Origin: an uncultured Dehalococcoidia bacterium
Lineage (GTDB): Bacteria; Chloroflexota; Dehalococcoidia; Lucifugimonadales; UBA3495
Length of the DNA stretch: 64,000 bases
NCBI GenBank assembly: GCA_950072105.1
Contig: CATMOE010000007.1
Span: 1 to 64,000 of the forward strand
Direction: 5' to 3'
Position numbers and translations under genes: made by a program. Every line of letters begins with the position of its first letter. The stretch's first letter is position 1. This document shows, one piece after another, positions 39,414 through 49,812 of this stretch. Below the pieces are notes generated by a model that was not told where the DNA came from, did not search any database, and saw nothing but the letters and a program-made list of their open reading frames with translations.

Positions 39414-41687
39414 ATGGTGGTGGTTGATTCAACACCCGAACTTGTTGCTAACGCATACACCATAATGCGGCATAACCTGGAGATCGTTCGCCCGAGATTG
39501 GGCCGGCCCATGGGTCTTGCTGACAAGCTGGTGCTGTCTCACCTGGATGACCCGGAAAACCAAGAGCTGGAGGCCGGTAAGAGCTACTTGCTGGCTCGGC
39601 CGGACCGCGTGATCCTCCAGGACGTCTTGGGCCAAACCGCCATGCTGGTGTTCATGCAGACTCGAAGGTCCAGCACGGCCGTGCCGACCAGCGTCCACTG
39701 CGACCACCTGATCCAAGCGAGGGTGGGCGCAGACTCGGATCTGTCAGAGTCCGTGTCGGAAAACGGCGAGGTATACGACTTTCTGCGCACCGCCGCCGCC
39801 AAGTTCGGCGTGGGATTCTGGGGTCCCGGCGCCGGTATCCTGCATCAGGTCAATCTGGAGCAGTACGCCTTCCCTGGAGCCATGATAATCGGCACCGACT
39901 CCCATACCCCCAACGCCGGCGGCCTTGGCGCTTGCTCAGTGGGTGTTGGCGGGGCCGACGCCGTGGAGGTGATGGCGGGTCTTCCCTGGGAAGTTCTCTA
40001 TCCCAACCGCATCGGCGTTAAATTAACGGGCCGGATGAGCGGATGGACCGCTCCCAAGGACATCATCCTGTACCTAGCCGGAGAGCTTACCGTATCCGGA
40101 GCCACCAACTCGATAATTGAGTATTTCGGTCCCGGAACCGAAACCATCAGTTGCACCGGCAAAGCTACCATAACCAACATGGGCGCGGAGTTGGGAGCGA
40201 CGACATCTGTATTCCCTTACGACGAGTCCATGGCCCGGTACCTGCGGTCCACCCGGCGTGGAGAGCTGGCAGAGCTGGCCGACCAGAACCGCGAGATGTT
40301 CCGGGCAGACCAGGAAGTGCTGGACCACCCGGAACGTCACTTCGACCGTGTCGTGGAGATCGATCTGAGCAAGCTGGAGCCCCACATGGTGGGCCCCCAC
40401 TCTCCGGACCGGGCCCGCCCGATATCCGAATTGGCAAGCCAGGTTAAAGATCCGGCCAACGGTTTTATCGACGAGATTTCCACCGCTTTGATCGGAAGCT
40501 GCACCAACTCTTCCTACGAGGATATGAGCCGCTCGGCCGACGTCGCGGAGCAGGCCAAAGCTCTTGGGATCAATATCGCTACTCCACTAATGGTTACACC
40601 GGGTTCCGAGCAAGTGCGGGCAACTATTGAGCGGGACGGCCAGTTGGAGTCCCTCCGGTCCATCGGAGCAACGGTCCTGGCCAACGCCTGCGGTCCATGT
40701 ATCGGACAGTGGCGGCGGTCCCGAGACTCGCAAGAATCCAATACTATCGTTACGTCCTACAACCGTAATTTCCCCGGACGAAACGATGCCAGCCCCCAAA
40801 CGATGAATTTCATCGCCAGCCCGGAAATGACCGTCGCGCTGGCCTTGGCCGGAAGGCTGTCCTTTAATCCGATGACGGACACGCTGCCCGACGGCCAAGG
40901 CAATCAAGTGATGCTGGAACCGCCGAAGCAGGCGCCCGACGTACCGGAGGAGGAATTCGACCCCGGTAGCTCTTCCTACATCGCACCTCCGGAGGACGGA
41001 AGCAGCGTGGAAGTCGTGGTGGACCCCAATAGCCAAAGGATAGAGTTGATCAACCCCTGGCCGCCCTGGGATCAAACGGACATCGTGGATGCTCCCGTCG
41101 TCATGAAAGCGCAGGGAAAATGCACCACGGACCATATATCCCCCGCCGGAGTATGGCTGAGCCTTCGGGGGCACCTGACTAAGTTCAGCGAGAACTTCTT
41201 GATGGGGGGCATCAACGCCTACACCGGCGATGCCGGGAAGGGTCTGGATGTCTTATCCGGTGAGACCGGAGTGGCCATCTCACACATCGCTAGGCACTAC
41301 CAGGAGGAGGGGCTGAAATGGGTGGTGATCGGTGACTCTAACTACGGTGAGGGGAGCAGCCGGGAACACGCCGCCCTATCGCCGCGATTGCTGGGCGGCG
41401 GTGCGGTCATAGCCCGCAGCTTCGCCCGCATCCACGAGACCAACTTGAAGAAACAGGGCCTGCTGGCTTTGACGTTCAGCAACTCGGACGAATACGACCT
41501 GATCCGCGAGGACGACCGGATAAGCCTGACCGGTTTGAATGAACTGGCGCCGGGCAAGCCCGTCGCCTGCACCGTCAGCCACTCCGACGGGACCAGCGAA
41601 TCGTTGAGCCTGAACCATACTTTGGGTGAGCCCCAGATAGAATGGTTCCGGTTAGGCTCGGCGTTGAACCTGTTCCACCAATCGTAG
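39414..41687 (+). CDS. acnA: Aconitate hydratase (mitochondrial-type ~750 aa)
   Basis: HCDH, GTDSHT, IGSCTNSS, NACGPCIG, TSYNRNF, TTDHISP and NYGEGSSREHA motifs. Confidence 0.95.
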   Translation: MVVVDSTPELVANAYTIMRHNLEIVRPRLGRPMGLADKLVLSHLDDPENQELEAGKSYLLARPDRVILQDVLGQTAMLVFMQTRRSSTAVPTSVHCDHLIQARVGADSDLSESVSENGEVYDFLRTAAAKFGVGFWGPGAGILHQVNLEQYAFPGAMIIGTDSHTPNAGGLGACSVGVGGADAVEVMAGLPWEVLYPNRIGVKLTGRMSGWTAPKDIILYLAGELTVSGATNSIIEYFGPGTETISCTGKATITNMGAELGATTSVFPYDESMARYLRSTRRGELAELADQNREMFRADQEVLDHPERHFDRVVEIDLSKLEPHMVGPHSPDRARPISELASQVKDPANGFIDEISTALIGSCTNSSYEDMSRSADVAEQAKALGINIATPLMVTPGSEQVRATIERDGQLESLRSIGATVLANACGPCIGQWRRSRDSQESNTIVTSYNRNFPGRNDASPQTMNFIASPEMTVALALAGRLSFNPMTDTLPDGQGNQVMLEPPKQAPDVPEEEFDPGSSSYIAPPEDGSSVEVVVDPNSQRIELINPWPPWDQTDIVDAPVVMKAQGKCTTDHISPAGVWLSLRGHLTKFSENFLMGGINAYTGDAGKGLDVLSGETGVAISHIARHYQEEGLKWVVIGDSNYGEGSSREHAALSPRLLGGGAVIARSFARIHETNLKKQGLLALTFSNSDEYDLIREDDRISLTGLNELAPGKPVACTVSHSDGTSESLSLNHTLGEPQIEWFRLGSALNLFHQS

Positions 41688-41819
41688 GGGTAGGCTAGAT
41701 CCACCGACCGCACCCGCCGTGAGTGGCGCTTAGACTATAACTTAGGATGAACGTCCCCCTGCGGAAACAGGTTTCCAAGGGGGACGTTCTGGTTTCGCGA
41801 GATGTCTCGGGAGGCGCGA

Positions 41820-42311
41820 ATGGGAGGCGAAGCAGCCGATTCGTTGATCGCCAAGCTCAGGGCCACTATTGGGAAAGAGACTGTTTTCCAGTCGCCTGAC
41901 GAGTTCGGACGCTCGTCGTTCCGCCAATATGCTCTGGCCATCGGCGACTTCAACCCTTTGTACACCGACCCTGATTTCGCCCGATCCCACAGCCTCCCCG
42001 ATGTGATGGCGCCGCCTACACTGATCTGCGACACCTGGCAGTTCGTCGAGGGCGACATTGACGAAGAAGGGCGGCAATTAGCCCTGAAAGACGATTTGGG
42101 ATTGGGAGGTCTCCGCGCCGGGAACGCCTACGAGTTCTTCCAGCCGGTTCATCCCGGCGACGTCGTCACCGCCAAACGCAAGACCAAAGACGTGTACGAA
42201 AAGACCGGGAGGTCGGGCCGGCTGATTTTCTGGGAAGTTGAGACTTCCTATTACAATCAGCGGGACGAGCTATTGGCTACCAACGTGGAGACCATGTTCC
42301 TGCGCCTGTAG
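41820..42311 (+). CDS. MaoC-like hot-dog protein (non-catalytic HadA-type)
   Basis: YALAIGDFNPLY, APPT, YEFFQPVHPGD and KTGRSG motifs; start uncertain (41802 or 41820). Confidence 0.85.
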   Translation: MGGEAADSLIAKLRATIGKETVFQSPDEFGRSSFRQYALAIGDFNPLYTDPDFARSHSLPDVMAPPTLICDTWQFVEGDIDEEGRQLALKDDLGLGGLRAGNAYEFFQPVHPGDVVTAKRKTKDVYEKTGRSGRLIFWEVETSYYNQRDELLATNVETMFLRL

Positions 42312-42378
42312 GGCTATCATACCTAACCGCCTGCCATTGCTACGAAAATAGGATTGCCAATCTTCGGCCGCACACTTC

Positions 42379-42512
42379 GTCATTTCGACACCAGCCCTTC
42401 CGCTGAAGGGCGGCGAGGAATCTTAGATGACCTCGACAACCAATCATGAGACTCCTCTCCTTCCGCCGAAGGATCGGAGTGACACAGACTCCTCCCTGAG
42501 GCCGGAATGACA
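42379..42512. repeat. REP-like composite, family D, inside the MaoC cluster
   Basis: GTCATTTCGA...GAGGAATCT left arm; CATGAGACTCCTCTCCTTCCGCCGAAGGATCGGAGTGACA and CCGGAATGACA right arms. Confidence 0.75.
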
Positions 42513-42566
42513 AAGGGAACTTTCACCTGGAGACACTAGACCAGCGGTAGCCCGCGAGGGGGATAT

Positions 42567-43004
42567 TTGGACAGCACGACCCTCAATTATCAAGACATTT
42601 CCGTGGGCGATGAACTGACGCCTTTGGAGAAACAGATAACCGCGGCCCGTATGATGGCCTACGGAGCGGCCACCTGGGACTTCATCCGCATTCACTACGA
42701 CGCCGATTACGTCCGAGGTCTGGGGTTTGACGGACCCTTTTTGGACGGGCAGATGATGGGCGGGTTCTTGGCCCAGCAGGTGCAGGACTGGGCTGGACCG
42801 GGGGGCTTTTTGCGCAAGCTGAGCTTCAGCAACCGGGCGATGGTCTACCCCGGCGACCTGATTATATGTCACGGTATCGTTAGCGGAAAATCTGCTGAGA
42901 ATGGCGAAGAGCTGGTGACTTGCGACCTTTGGGCGGTCAATCAGAGCGGTGAGAAAGTGGTGCAATCGGCCAGCGCGCTGGTCAGGTTTTCCGCACGGAT
43001 CTAG
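42567..43004 (+). CDS. MaoC family dehydratase (catalytic D-x4-H)
   Basis: ATWDFIRIHYD and VYPGD motifs. Confidence 0.87.
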   Translation: MDSTTLNYQDISVGDELTPLEKQITAARMMAYGAATWDFIRIHYDADYVRGLGFDGPFLDGQMMGGFLAQQVQDWAGPGGFLRKLSFSNRAMVYPGDLIICHGIVSGKSAENGEELVTCDLWAVNQSGEKVVQSASALVRFSARI

Positions 43005-43028
43005 TTTCAGAATACACGGAGCACGCGA

Positions 43029-44225
43029 ATGGGCCGAAATGTTGTTCAGGTTGATCCCACCAAGTTCCCCTGGCTCGACCTCCGCCGGTACACCTTTAGC
43101 ATGGCAGTCGAGGCCCGCGGCGTAGTGTACATCTCGGGGCAAACCGCCGGCGAATACGACGCCGATGCGGGCAGAGTTGGCTGTAAGGGCGGCCTGGTTG
43201 AGCAGACCCGGTTGATCTACGAGAAGCTAGGCGTGGTCCTAGAGGCTGCCGGTCTTGGGTTCCAAAACGTGGTCAAGACGGTGGATTACTTGGACCCGGT
43301 GGCTCTCCCCCACTATCGTCAAACCGCCGCCGTACGCCGGGAGTATCTACGGGGTCCGGTTGCCTCAACCGGGGTCTGCGTGCAGCGGCTGCTTCGCCGG
43401 GACGCTTTGATCGAGATCAGCGCCGTTGCCATGACCGGTGATAAACGGGCTGTTAGTCAAGATGGATCAAACCAAGCTGTGACCTTCGCCCCAGCGGTAG
43501 AATCGGGTGATATTGTTTGGTTATCCGGCTTGGTTGGTCATGAAGACGTTGATGGGCAAAGCCATTATCCCCAGGACACCCGGAGGCAATTGGAGTTGGG
43601 ATACCAGACCGTTGGCGGCGTGTTGGAGGCGGCGGGCGCTCGGCCCAGCGACGTCGTGACCAGCTTGGATTACGTCGACCCACAAGCTTTCCTAAGCTAT
43701 CCCGATGCGGAAGGAGTCCGCGGGGAGTTTTTTGGGGATATGCTACCCGCCGCCACCGGAGTGGTTGTAAATAGACTTTTACGGCCGGAAGGACACGTGG
43801 AACTGGAAGCGGTTGCGGTTAAAGGCGGCGAACGCCAGCAGATCGTCCTGCCAGAATGGGAAGCTCAATACGAGCGTGCCAATGCGGTCCCAGGGACGAA
43901 AAAAGGCCGGATGCTCCACATCTCAGGCCAATCGGCGGTGGACCATGCCACCGGCGAAAGCGTGGGGGGATTCGACGTAGCGGCTCAGGCGGAGCAGGCC
44001 TATCGGAACGTCTCCCAGGTCCTTGCTGCCGCCGGATACACGCTGGACGACGTGGTCAACACCATCGAATGGGTCGCTCCCAACGGCCTCATGGGATACC
44101 GGGAGGTCCAGGAAGTTAGGCGGCGGCTTTTTGGCCGCGATTTCCCCTCTGCCACGGGAGTTATGGCGCACCGGTTTACGCGCCCGGAAACGCTGTTCCA
44201 GGTTTCGGCGGTTGCCGTCGTCTGA
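43029..44225 (+). CDS. Triple-domain Rid family protein
   Basis: Three repeats of (I/L)SG(Q/L)..Q..Y..L.AAG...DVV...P.ATGV...EAVA. Confidence 0.85.
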   Translation: MGRNVVQVDPTKFPWLDLRRYTFSMAVEARGVVYISGQTAGEYDADAGRVGCKGGLVEQTRLIYEKLGVVLEAAGLGFQNVVKTVDYLDPVALPHYRQTAAVRREYLRGPVASTGVCVQRLLRRDALIEISAVAMTGDKRAVSQDGSNQAVTFAPAVESGDIVWLSGLVGHEDVDGQSHYPQDTRRQLELGYQTVGGVLEAAGARPSDVVTSLDYVDPQAFLSYPDAEGVRGEFFGDMLPAATGVVVNRLLRPEGHVELEAVAVKGGERQQIVLPEWEAQYERANAVPGTKKGRMLHISGQSAVDHATGESVGGFDVAAQAEQAYRNVSQVLAAAGYTLDDVVNTIEWVAPNGLMGYREVQEVRRRLFGRDFPSATGVMAHRFTRPETLFQVSAVAVV

Positions 44226-44240
44226 GAAGCAGGTTGAAAG

Positions 44241-44282
44241 CCAATCCCTTCCCCCTGGACGGGGGAAGGTTAGGATGGGGTG
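44241..44282. repeat. REP-like palindrome, family E
   Basis: CCAATCCCTTCCCCCTGGACGGGGGAAGGTTAGGATGGGGTG; reverse complement matches 51968-52010. Confidence 0.78.
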
Positions 44283-44341
44283 AATCCCTGTGCATCATAA
44301 CTAGCTTGAAATTAATCTAGCGGTCGCTGTTCCCGGAACTC

Positions 44342-45685
44342 TTAGTGGGTATCGAAGATTTCTTGGAAGCGTTGCAATTGTTGCTGTAACCGCTGCCGGT
44401 CATCCGCCGATGGGTTAGCTACATCAGTGAACGGAGTTAGCATTCCCAGCTTTTCGATAGCCAAAATCAAGAGCAACCTGGCCTTGACCGCCATCAGGTT
44501 ATCGCAAGAGATGAAGGGATTATCGACCAGGCGGGGCACCCGGCCGTGGTCGCCACGATTGGCTACCGCCACGGGGAGCCCGTGCTGGTACATGGCTGTT
44601 TCCAAGATAGGCATCTGAAACTGATGGGGCTTGCCGTCGTAGGCGAACCCTTCCACCAAGATGCCGTGCTTCTGGGGCGCGCCTGGTGTCGATCGCTCCT
44701 TCAGCGCCCGGTCGATCAAGGCCGCGATAGGCACGTCGTCGGCCCCGGCGTAGGTCTTGACGATATCGACCCTAGGCATCACCTCGGGCAGGGTCCCGTT
44801 GGGACGCACGTCAGACCAGAGGGTATGCTTCCGCTCCGGCCGGAAGTAGAAGGTTACCTGGTCGCTTTCCACCGACCCCAAGGCTGAGGCCGAACCGCCT
44901 GAACTGGCGAACCCGCCGGGACGTTGGTTGGTTTTAGTGACTTCCCGGGCTGGCATGATCTCTTCATTCATCATCAGCATGGCGCCCCGGCCCTTGGCGT
45001 CGGTATGAGCCGCCACCCGGACCGCGTCGACCAGGTTCCAGTCGCCGTCGTTGCCCATGCTGCTGTGCCGGCGCTGGGACGCGGCCACGACCACGGGTTT
45101 GTCGCTGTCGACGGTGTAATGCAAAAAGCAGGCCGTTTCTTCGGCGGTGAAGGTGCCGTGGGTAACGACGCATCCCGCCACGTCATCTTCCGCCAAGGCC
45201 TGGTTCACGGCGTTGGCGATCAGAACCAACTCAAACATGCTGAATGTCTGGCCGCCGGCCCGCAGCTCCCGCCCTGTGCGAGGGTCGATGATCTCCCGGA
45301 CCTCCAAGGCTGCCGCCTCGGCCAGCAAGTTATTCCGGCCTGCGGTATCCAGGCCGAACCGGTCTATCTCCTCGATGATGCGGCGGGCGTTCATGTGAAC
45401 CGCGGCGTATCCCTGGGGCGGGGATTGCCCTGGCGTCATCGGAGGCAGCAAGTAAAGTCCGTCGGCTGGGTCCAAGGTGACGTCCCAATACGGTTCCTCG
45501 TTGGGACCGATGGTGAGGGGATTGCCGTCCAGGTCCTCCTTGGCAATCTTCACCGCCACGGGTTCATGAAGGCGCTGGGGTCTGAGCAGATTGAAGTCTC
45601 CGCCCGCTTTTGAGGAACTGACCAAGGGCTGTCCGTTCTGGATGGTGCCGCCGGTTGGGATTATCGCTATCTTCGGTAACGCCAC
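44342..45685 (-). CDS. Asparaginase/glutaminase-fold protein with a long N-terminal insertion
   Basis: IIPTGGTI, THGTFTAEETA, KPVV..SQR, REVTKT and KARLLL motifs. Confidence 0.82.
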   Translation of the reverse strand: MALPKIAIIPTGGTIQNGQPLVSSSKAGGDFNLLRPQRLHEPVAVKIAKEDLDGNPLTIGPNEEPYWDVTLDPADGLYLLPPMTPGQSPPQGYAAVHMNARRIIEEIDRFGLDTAGRNNLLAEAAALEVREIIDPRTGRELRAGGQTFSMFELVLIANAVNQALAEDDVAGCVVTHGTFTAEETACFLHYTVDSDKPVVVAASQRRHSSMGNDGDWNLVDAVRVAAHTDAKGRGAMLMMNEEIMPAREVTKTNQRPGGFASSGGSASALGSVESDQVTFYFRPERKHTLWSDVRPNGTLPEVMPRVDIVKTYAGADDVPIAALIDRALKERSTPGAPQKHGILVEGFAYDGKPHQFQMPILETAMYQHGLPVAVANRGDHGRVPRLVDNPFISCDNLMAVKARLLLILAIEKLGMLTPFTDVANPSADDRQRLQQQLQRFQEIFDTH

Positions 45686-45751
45686 GTTAAACCTTCCTAG
45701 ATCCGAGATTTCCGCTTGTTGTTGTTGTGTGATTTATCACTTTGGCGACGG

Positions 45752-47044
45752 CTACTCTTCGCCGTCGTCGGCCGAGGCCGCGTAGGCGGGGCGAAGTTGC
45801 TCGACTCCTCCGGTTCGGAGGTCACGCAGTTCGGCGCTACGAACAAACAGTACCCCGGCTACCACGACCATCAACGAGGCGCCAATGGCTACCGACCACG
45901 GGGCTCCGATGTATTGGGCAACTATTCCGCCTTGGGTCATTCCCAGGGGGGCCAGACTCCAGGTTATGCCGTAGAGTCCCATGACCCGGCCCCGAAGCTG
46001 TTCCGGGACCAGCTGCTGTATGGTGCTGAGGCCGCCCACGAGGTACAGGGAGTTGGACGCGCCTACCAATACCAGCATGGCCATGGATGCCGGATAGCTA
46101 CCCTGCCAGGCCGCCAAGGCGAAGAGGATCTGGGTTAGCCCGTATAGGGCCGCTCCGGCCAAGATCAAGCGGCCCTTGGGAGCGCCATCCTTGAGATTGC
46201 CGATGTACCAAGTGCCGATGATGGCGCCTACGCCCGAGGCTCCGAGCAGCCAGCCGATCCTTTCTGCCCCAACGTCCAAGACGTCTTTGGCAAACACGGG
46301 CATCAGGAACACGTAGGACATTCCGAACAGGCTGTTGCAACAGGTGAGCACCATGACGTTCAAGAAAACGGGATGTTGACGCACGTACCGAAGGCTTTCG
46401 GCTACCTGGGAGACGAATCGCCCTTTGGCCGGAGGGCGGGGCCGTAGCTTCAACACGGTAAGCACAGATGCCAGCATATAGAAAGAGGCGGCGCTGATGA
46501 ACATGGATGTATGGATGTCTCGCCAGGCGATGACCATCCCCGCCAGCGCCGGCGCCACAACCCGCGTGACGTTCCAAACGATCGAGTCCATCGCCACGGC
46601 GTTGACGATATGCTCAGTGCGGACCAAGCGGGGCGAGACGCTGGACCGGCTGGGCGCGTCGAAGGCCTGTACGGCCCCGATGATGACCCCGGCGGCTAGA
46701 ACGTGCCACGTCTGCACGTGCTCCTTGAGGACCAGCACGGCCAGCGCCACCACCACCGTCGCCGAAACGGTCTGAGCCGCTGCCACCACATATTTGGGTT
46801 CCCATCGGTCGGCCAATACACCGCCCAGCAGGTTCAGGGCTAAAGCGGGGATGGCGATGGCGACTCCGAGGAAAGCTATGTCTCGGGGCTCGCCGGTCAT
46901 CTCGAAAATAAGCCAGCCCAGGGTGAACTGGAGCAGCATCTGGTGACCGGTGACTCCAGCCAGCAGGGCCAGCCAGTAATACCGGAATTGCCCGTATTGC
47001 ATGGAGGAGGGCAGATGCCGGTTGATTGTCGCTAATGCCGCCAA
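45752..47044 (-). CDS. MFS transporter
   Basis: About 12 hydrophobic segments; GGVLADRW and LRGRVMG motifs. Confidence 0.93.
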   Translation of the reverse strand: MAALATINRHLPSSMQYGQFRYYWLALLAGVTGHQMLLQFTLGWLIFEMTGEPRDIAFLGVAIAIPALALNLLGGVLADRWEPKYVVAAAQTVSATVVVALAVLVLKEHVQTWHVLAAGVIIGAVQAFDAPSRSSVSPRLVRTEHIVNAVAMDSIVWNVTRVVAPALAGMVIAWRDIHTSMFISAASFYMLASVLTVLKLRPRPPAKGRFVSQVAESLRYVRQHPVFLNVMVLTCCNSLFGMSYVFLMPVFAKDVLDVGAERIGWLLGASGVGAIIGTWYIGNLKDGAPKGRLILAGAALYGLTQILFALAAWQGSYPASMAMLVLVGASNSLYLVGGLSTIQQLVPEQLRGRVMGLYGITWSLAPLGMTQGGIVAQYIGAPWSVAIGASLMVVVAGVLFVRSAELRDLRTGGVEQLRPAYAASADDGEE

Positions 47045-47264
47045 CTTAACGTCTGATGACCTGTCGTTCTTGTAGATCAGTCATGTCTCAGATGCCGGTG
47101 ACGTCCGGAGTGGACAGGAAAATGGGGCGTGCGTGCCGTAATCGTCACAATGAACATGAGGTGATTTAATACGTGCGTTAGTATCGTTGAAAAGTGCTCG
47201 AAGTATATACGGCTGGAACCTCGGAGTCCAAACCCGCCATCGGGAAGCCAGTGGAAGTTGCCGT

Positions 47265-48815
47265 TTAAGTCTGGGCGTTGTAGCTGGTGTGGGGCTCCGT
47301 ATCCCGGGGCATCGTCCCCTGGTAAAACTGCCGCAAGTGAGGTTCAACCAGCCAACTCAGCTCACGGCGTTCCGTCTCTTGGGACGTGAGAGGCCGGTCT
47401 AAAGCCTCTTTCAGCTCTTTGAACAGTCCCGCTTTGTCTATCTTGGTAAGCTGTCTGTCCTTCATGACGACCTCGCCATCGACGATCACCGTGTCCACGT
47501 CGATGCTCCGGCCCCGGTGTACGACGGCGTCGACCAACGGCACTTCAGGGTCCAGAAAAGGCTCTTCGATGTTTCGCAGGTCGAGCAAGATCATGTCCGC
47601 CCGTTTGCCCGGCTCCAGGGTCCCGATGCGGTCACCGAACATGCTGGCGTAGGCACCGTTCACCGTGGCCATCTGCAGTACCTGGTAGGCGGTGGGTGGC
47701 GTGTTTTCGATACCCGGCACCCGATGCAGCTTAAGGACCATCCGCATCTCCTGGAACAGGTCCTTATCGTCGTTGATGCCCGCCTCATCGCTGCCGATGG
47801 CCACCCTTACACCAGCCGCCAATATCTTGCCGATGGGGGCGATGCCGCTCTGCAAGCGCAGGTTGGAGCTGGCGTTGTGGCACACGTTGGTCCCGGTGGC
47901 CGCCATCAGGGCGATGTCCTCGTCCGTCGCCCAAACGCTGTGCCCGCAAGTAATCTCCGGTCCCAGGAAGCCCAGGTCGTTAAGGTGCTGCAGCGGGGTC
48001 TTGTTCCAGGCCTGCAACCCGTAGAGCTTTTGGTAAACCGTTTCCTGCAGGTGGATGTGGATGCCGGTGCCGTGGCGGGTGGCCATTTCTTTGAGGGCCA
48101 CCAGCATCTCGTCGGTACACCGGTGGACGTTGCTGGGCGCCATGACGACCTGAACCCGCTCGTGGCGGTTGTTGCCGTACTTGGCGCAGATCTCCTCCAG
48201 GACGGGCATGACATCGGCCACCGGCCAGTAGCTGCGGGCCATGAACGACCGGTATCGTTCCGCCAGATCGCCGGGCATCCGCGACGCGAATTCTTCCTCG
48301 CCGCCACCGGCCCCGGCCACCATGGAATTCTGGTCGGCGATGGACGGAGCGTAAGACACCCGCATCCCCGAGTCCTGGTAGGCCTTCACCACTTTGTCAG
48401 CCACGCCCAAGTCTACCGGGGCAACCCCGCGCCCGGCGGAATGGATCGCTTGCACCGTGGTCGTGCCCGACTCGATCATCTGGACCGCGCCGTATAGCTG
48501 ATCCAGGTAAGGGTCGATGGACCTGGTGCCGATGCGGGCCAAGCTCCACATCTCCAACGGCAAGTCGGGAGCGCCCAACTGAAAGGGCGTGAGGCCAACG
48601 TGGAAGTGGTCGTTGACCAGACCCGGCATGACCACGTAGTTGCTGGAGCCAATGACCTCCTCGTCGGGATAGCGCGAGCGGAGGTCCTGGTATTCTCCCA
48701 CCTCGATGATCAGGCCGTCTTGTTGCAACACCGCGCCGTCGGAGATCACGACGGCCGAGTTAGGTCCGGTCACTTTGGAGATAACGTACTTGCCACGCAC
48801 CAGGCTCGAAGCCAT
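47265..48815 (-). CDS. Amidohydrolase (deaminase/chlorohydrolase-like)
   Basis: PGLVNDHFH, HIHLQET, CGHSVW, SNLRL.SG and GSDE motifs. Confidence 0.9.
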   Translation of the reverse strand: MASSLVRGKYVISKVTGPNSAVVISDGAVLQQDGLIIEVGEYQDLRSRYPDEEVIGSSNYVVMPGLVNDHFHVGLTPFQLGAPDLPLEMWSLARIGTRSIDPYLDQLYGAVQMIESGTTTVQAIHSAGRGVAPVDLGVADKVVKAYQDSGMRVSYAPSIADQNSMVAGAGGGEEEFASRMPGDLAERYRSFMARSYWPVADVMPVLEEICAKYGNNRHERVQVVMAPSNVHRCTDEMLVALKEMATRHGTGIHIHLQETVYQKLYGLQAWNKTPLQHLNDLGFLGPEITCGHSVWATDEDIALMAATGTNVCHNASSNLRLQSGIAPIGKILAAGVRVAIGSDEAGINDDKDLFQEMRMVLKLHRVPGIENTPPTAYQVLQMATVNGAYASMFGDRIGTLEPGKRADMILLDLRNIEEPFLDPEVPLVDAVVHRGRSIDVDTVIVDGEVVMKDRQLTKIDKAGLFKELKEALDRPLTSQETERRELSWLVEPHLRQFYQGTMPRDTEPHTSYNAQT

Positions 48816-48989
48816 AACAACCTCCCGATTGCCGTTCAGCGTCAGGGGAATACACGGGAGTATTTTACATGAAGCTTGGTGATTAAAGAGTAGGATTCCG
48901 GCGAGGCCGAGTTGAAAAACCCCGGCTGCTTCACCTGTCCGATGCTGGTGTTACAATCGCTCGATATAGGCCATTTGGAGGGTAGAGCC

Positions 48990-49742
48990 ATGCGGCTGGA
49001 AAACAAGGTTGCCTTGATCAGCGGTGGCGCCAGGGGCATGGGCGCGGCGGAAGCCAAGCTGTTCGCCAGCGAAGGGGCCAAAGTTGTCATCGGAGACATC
49101 CTGGTAGATGAAGGACACCGAACGGAAGCCGAGATCAACGAGGCCGGCGGCGAGTGCGTCTTCGTCTGACTAGACGTGACCAACGAGGTGTCCTGGAAAG
49201 AAGCCGTGGCCACTGCGGTCCAACGCTTCGGCAAGCTGGACATTCTGGTCAACAATGCCGGGGTGTTGTCCCGGGGCACTCTGGAAGACACCACGGTGGA
49301 AGAGTGGGACCGGGTGATGGACATTAACGCCAAGGGCGTTTTCTTGGGCACCAAAACCGCCATCCCCGAGATGCGCAAAGCCGGCGGGGGCTCCATCGTG
49401 AACACGTCCTCCATCTCCGGGCTGGTTGGCCAGGCTACCATGCAACCGGTGTACAACGCCTCCAAGGGCGCCGTCCGTATATTCACCAAGTCGGCCGCCA
49501 TCCAGTACGCCAAAGAAGGCATTCGGGTAAACTCGGTGCACCCCGGCGCGGTAGACACGCCCATGGTCGAATACCGGTTGGGCAACCCGGAACTTCAAGC
49601 CCAAGCCAACGCCCGCTCCCCCATGGGCCGCACCGCCCAGCCCGAAGAGATAGCCTACGGGGTGCTCTACCTAGCCTCCGACGAAGCATCCTTCGTCACC
49701 GGGAGCGAGCTAGTTATTGACGGCGGGTTCTCGGCCCAGTGA
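48990..49742 (+). pseudogene. SDR oxidoreductase with in-frame TGA at 49167-49169
   Basis: SGGARGMG...FV*LDVT...NNAG...YNASKG: one frame across the stop. Confidence 0.9.
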
Positions 49743-49812
49743 TGCCGTGGTTGACAACCTCGGTGTATGCTAATAACACATATCTAATCAGCACAGTTCC
49801 CAAGAGCCTGCG

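Noticed and set aside
47045..47264. Riboswitch or ncRNA in longer intergenic gaps (also 57032-57251 and 53650-53890)
   Set aside because: I could not recognise any conserved motif by eye; a covariance-model search would be needed
15474..49169. Selenocysteine at the TGAs in DUF805 (15474) and the SDR (49167)
   Set aside because: Neither is at a Cys or catalytic position (a transmembrane helix, and the variable residue before LDV), unlike 62751
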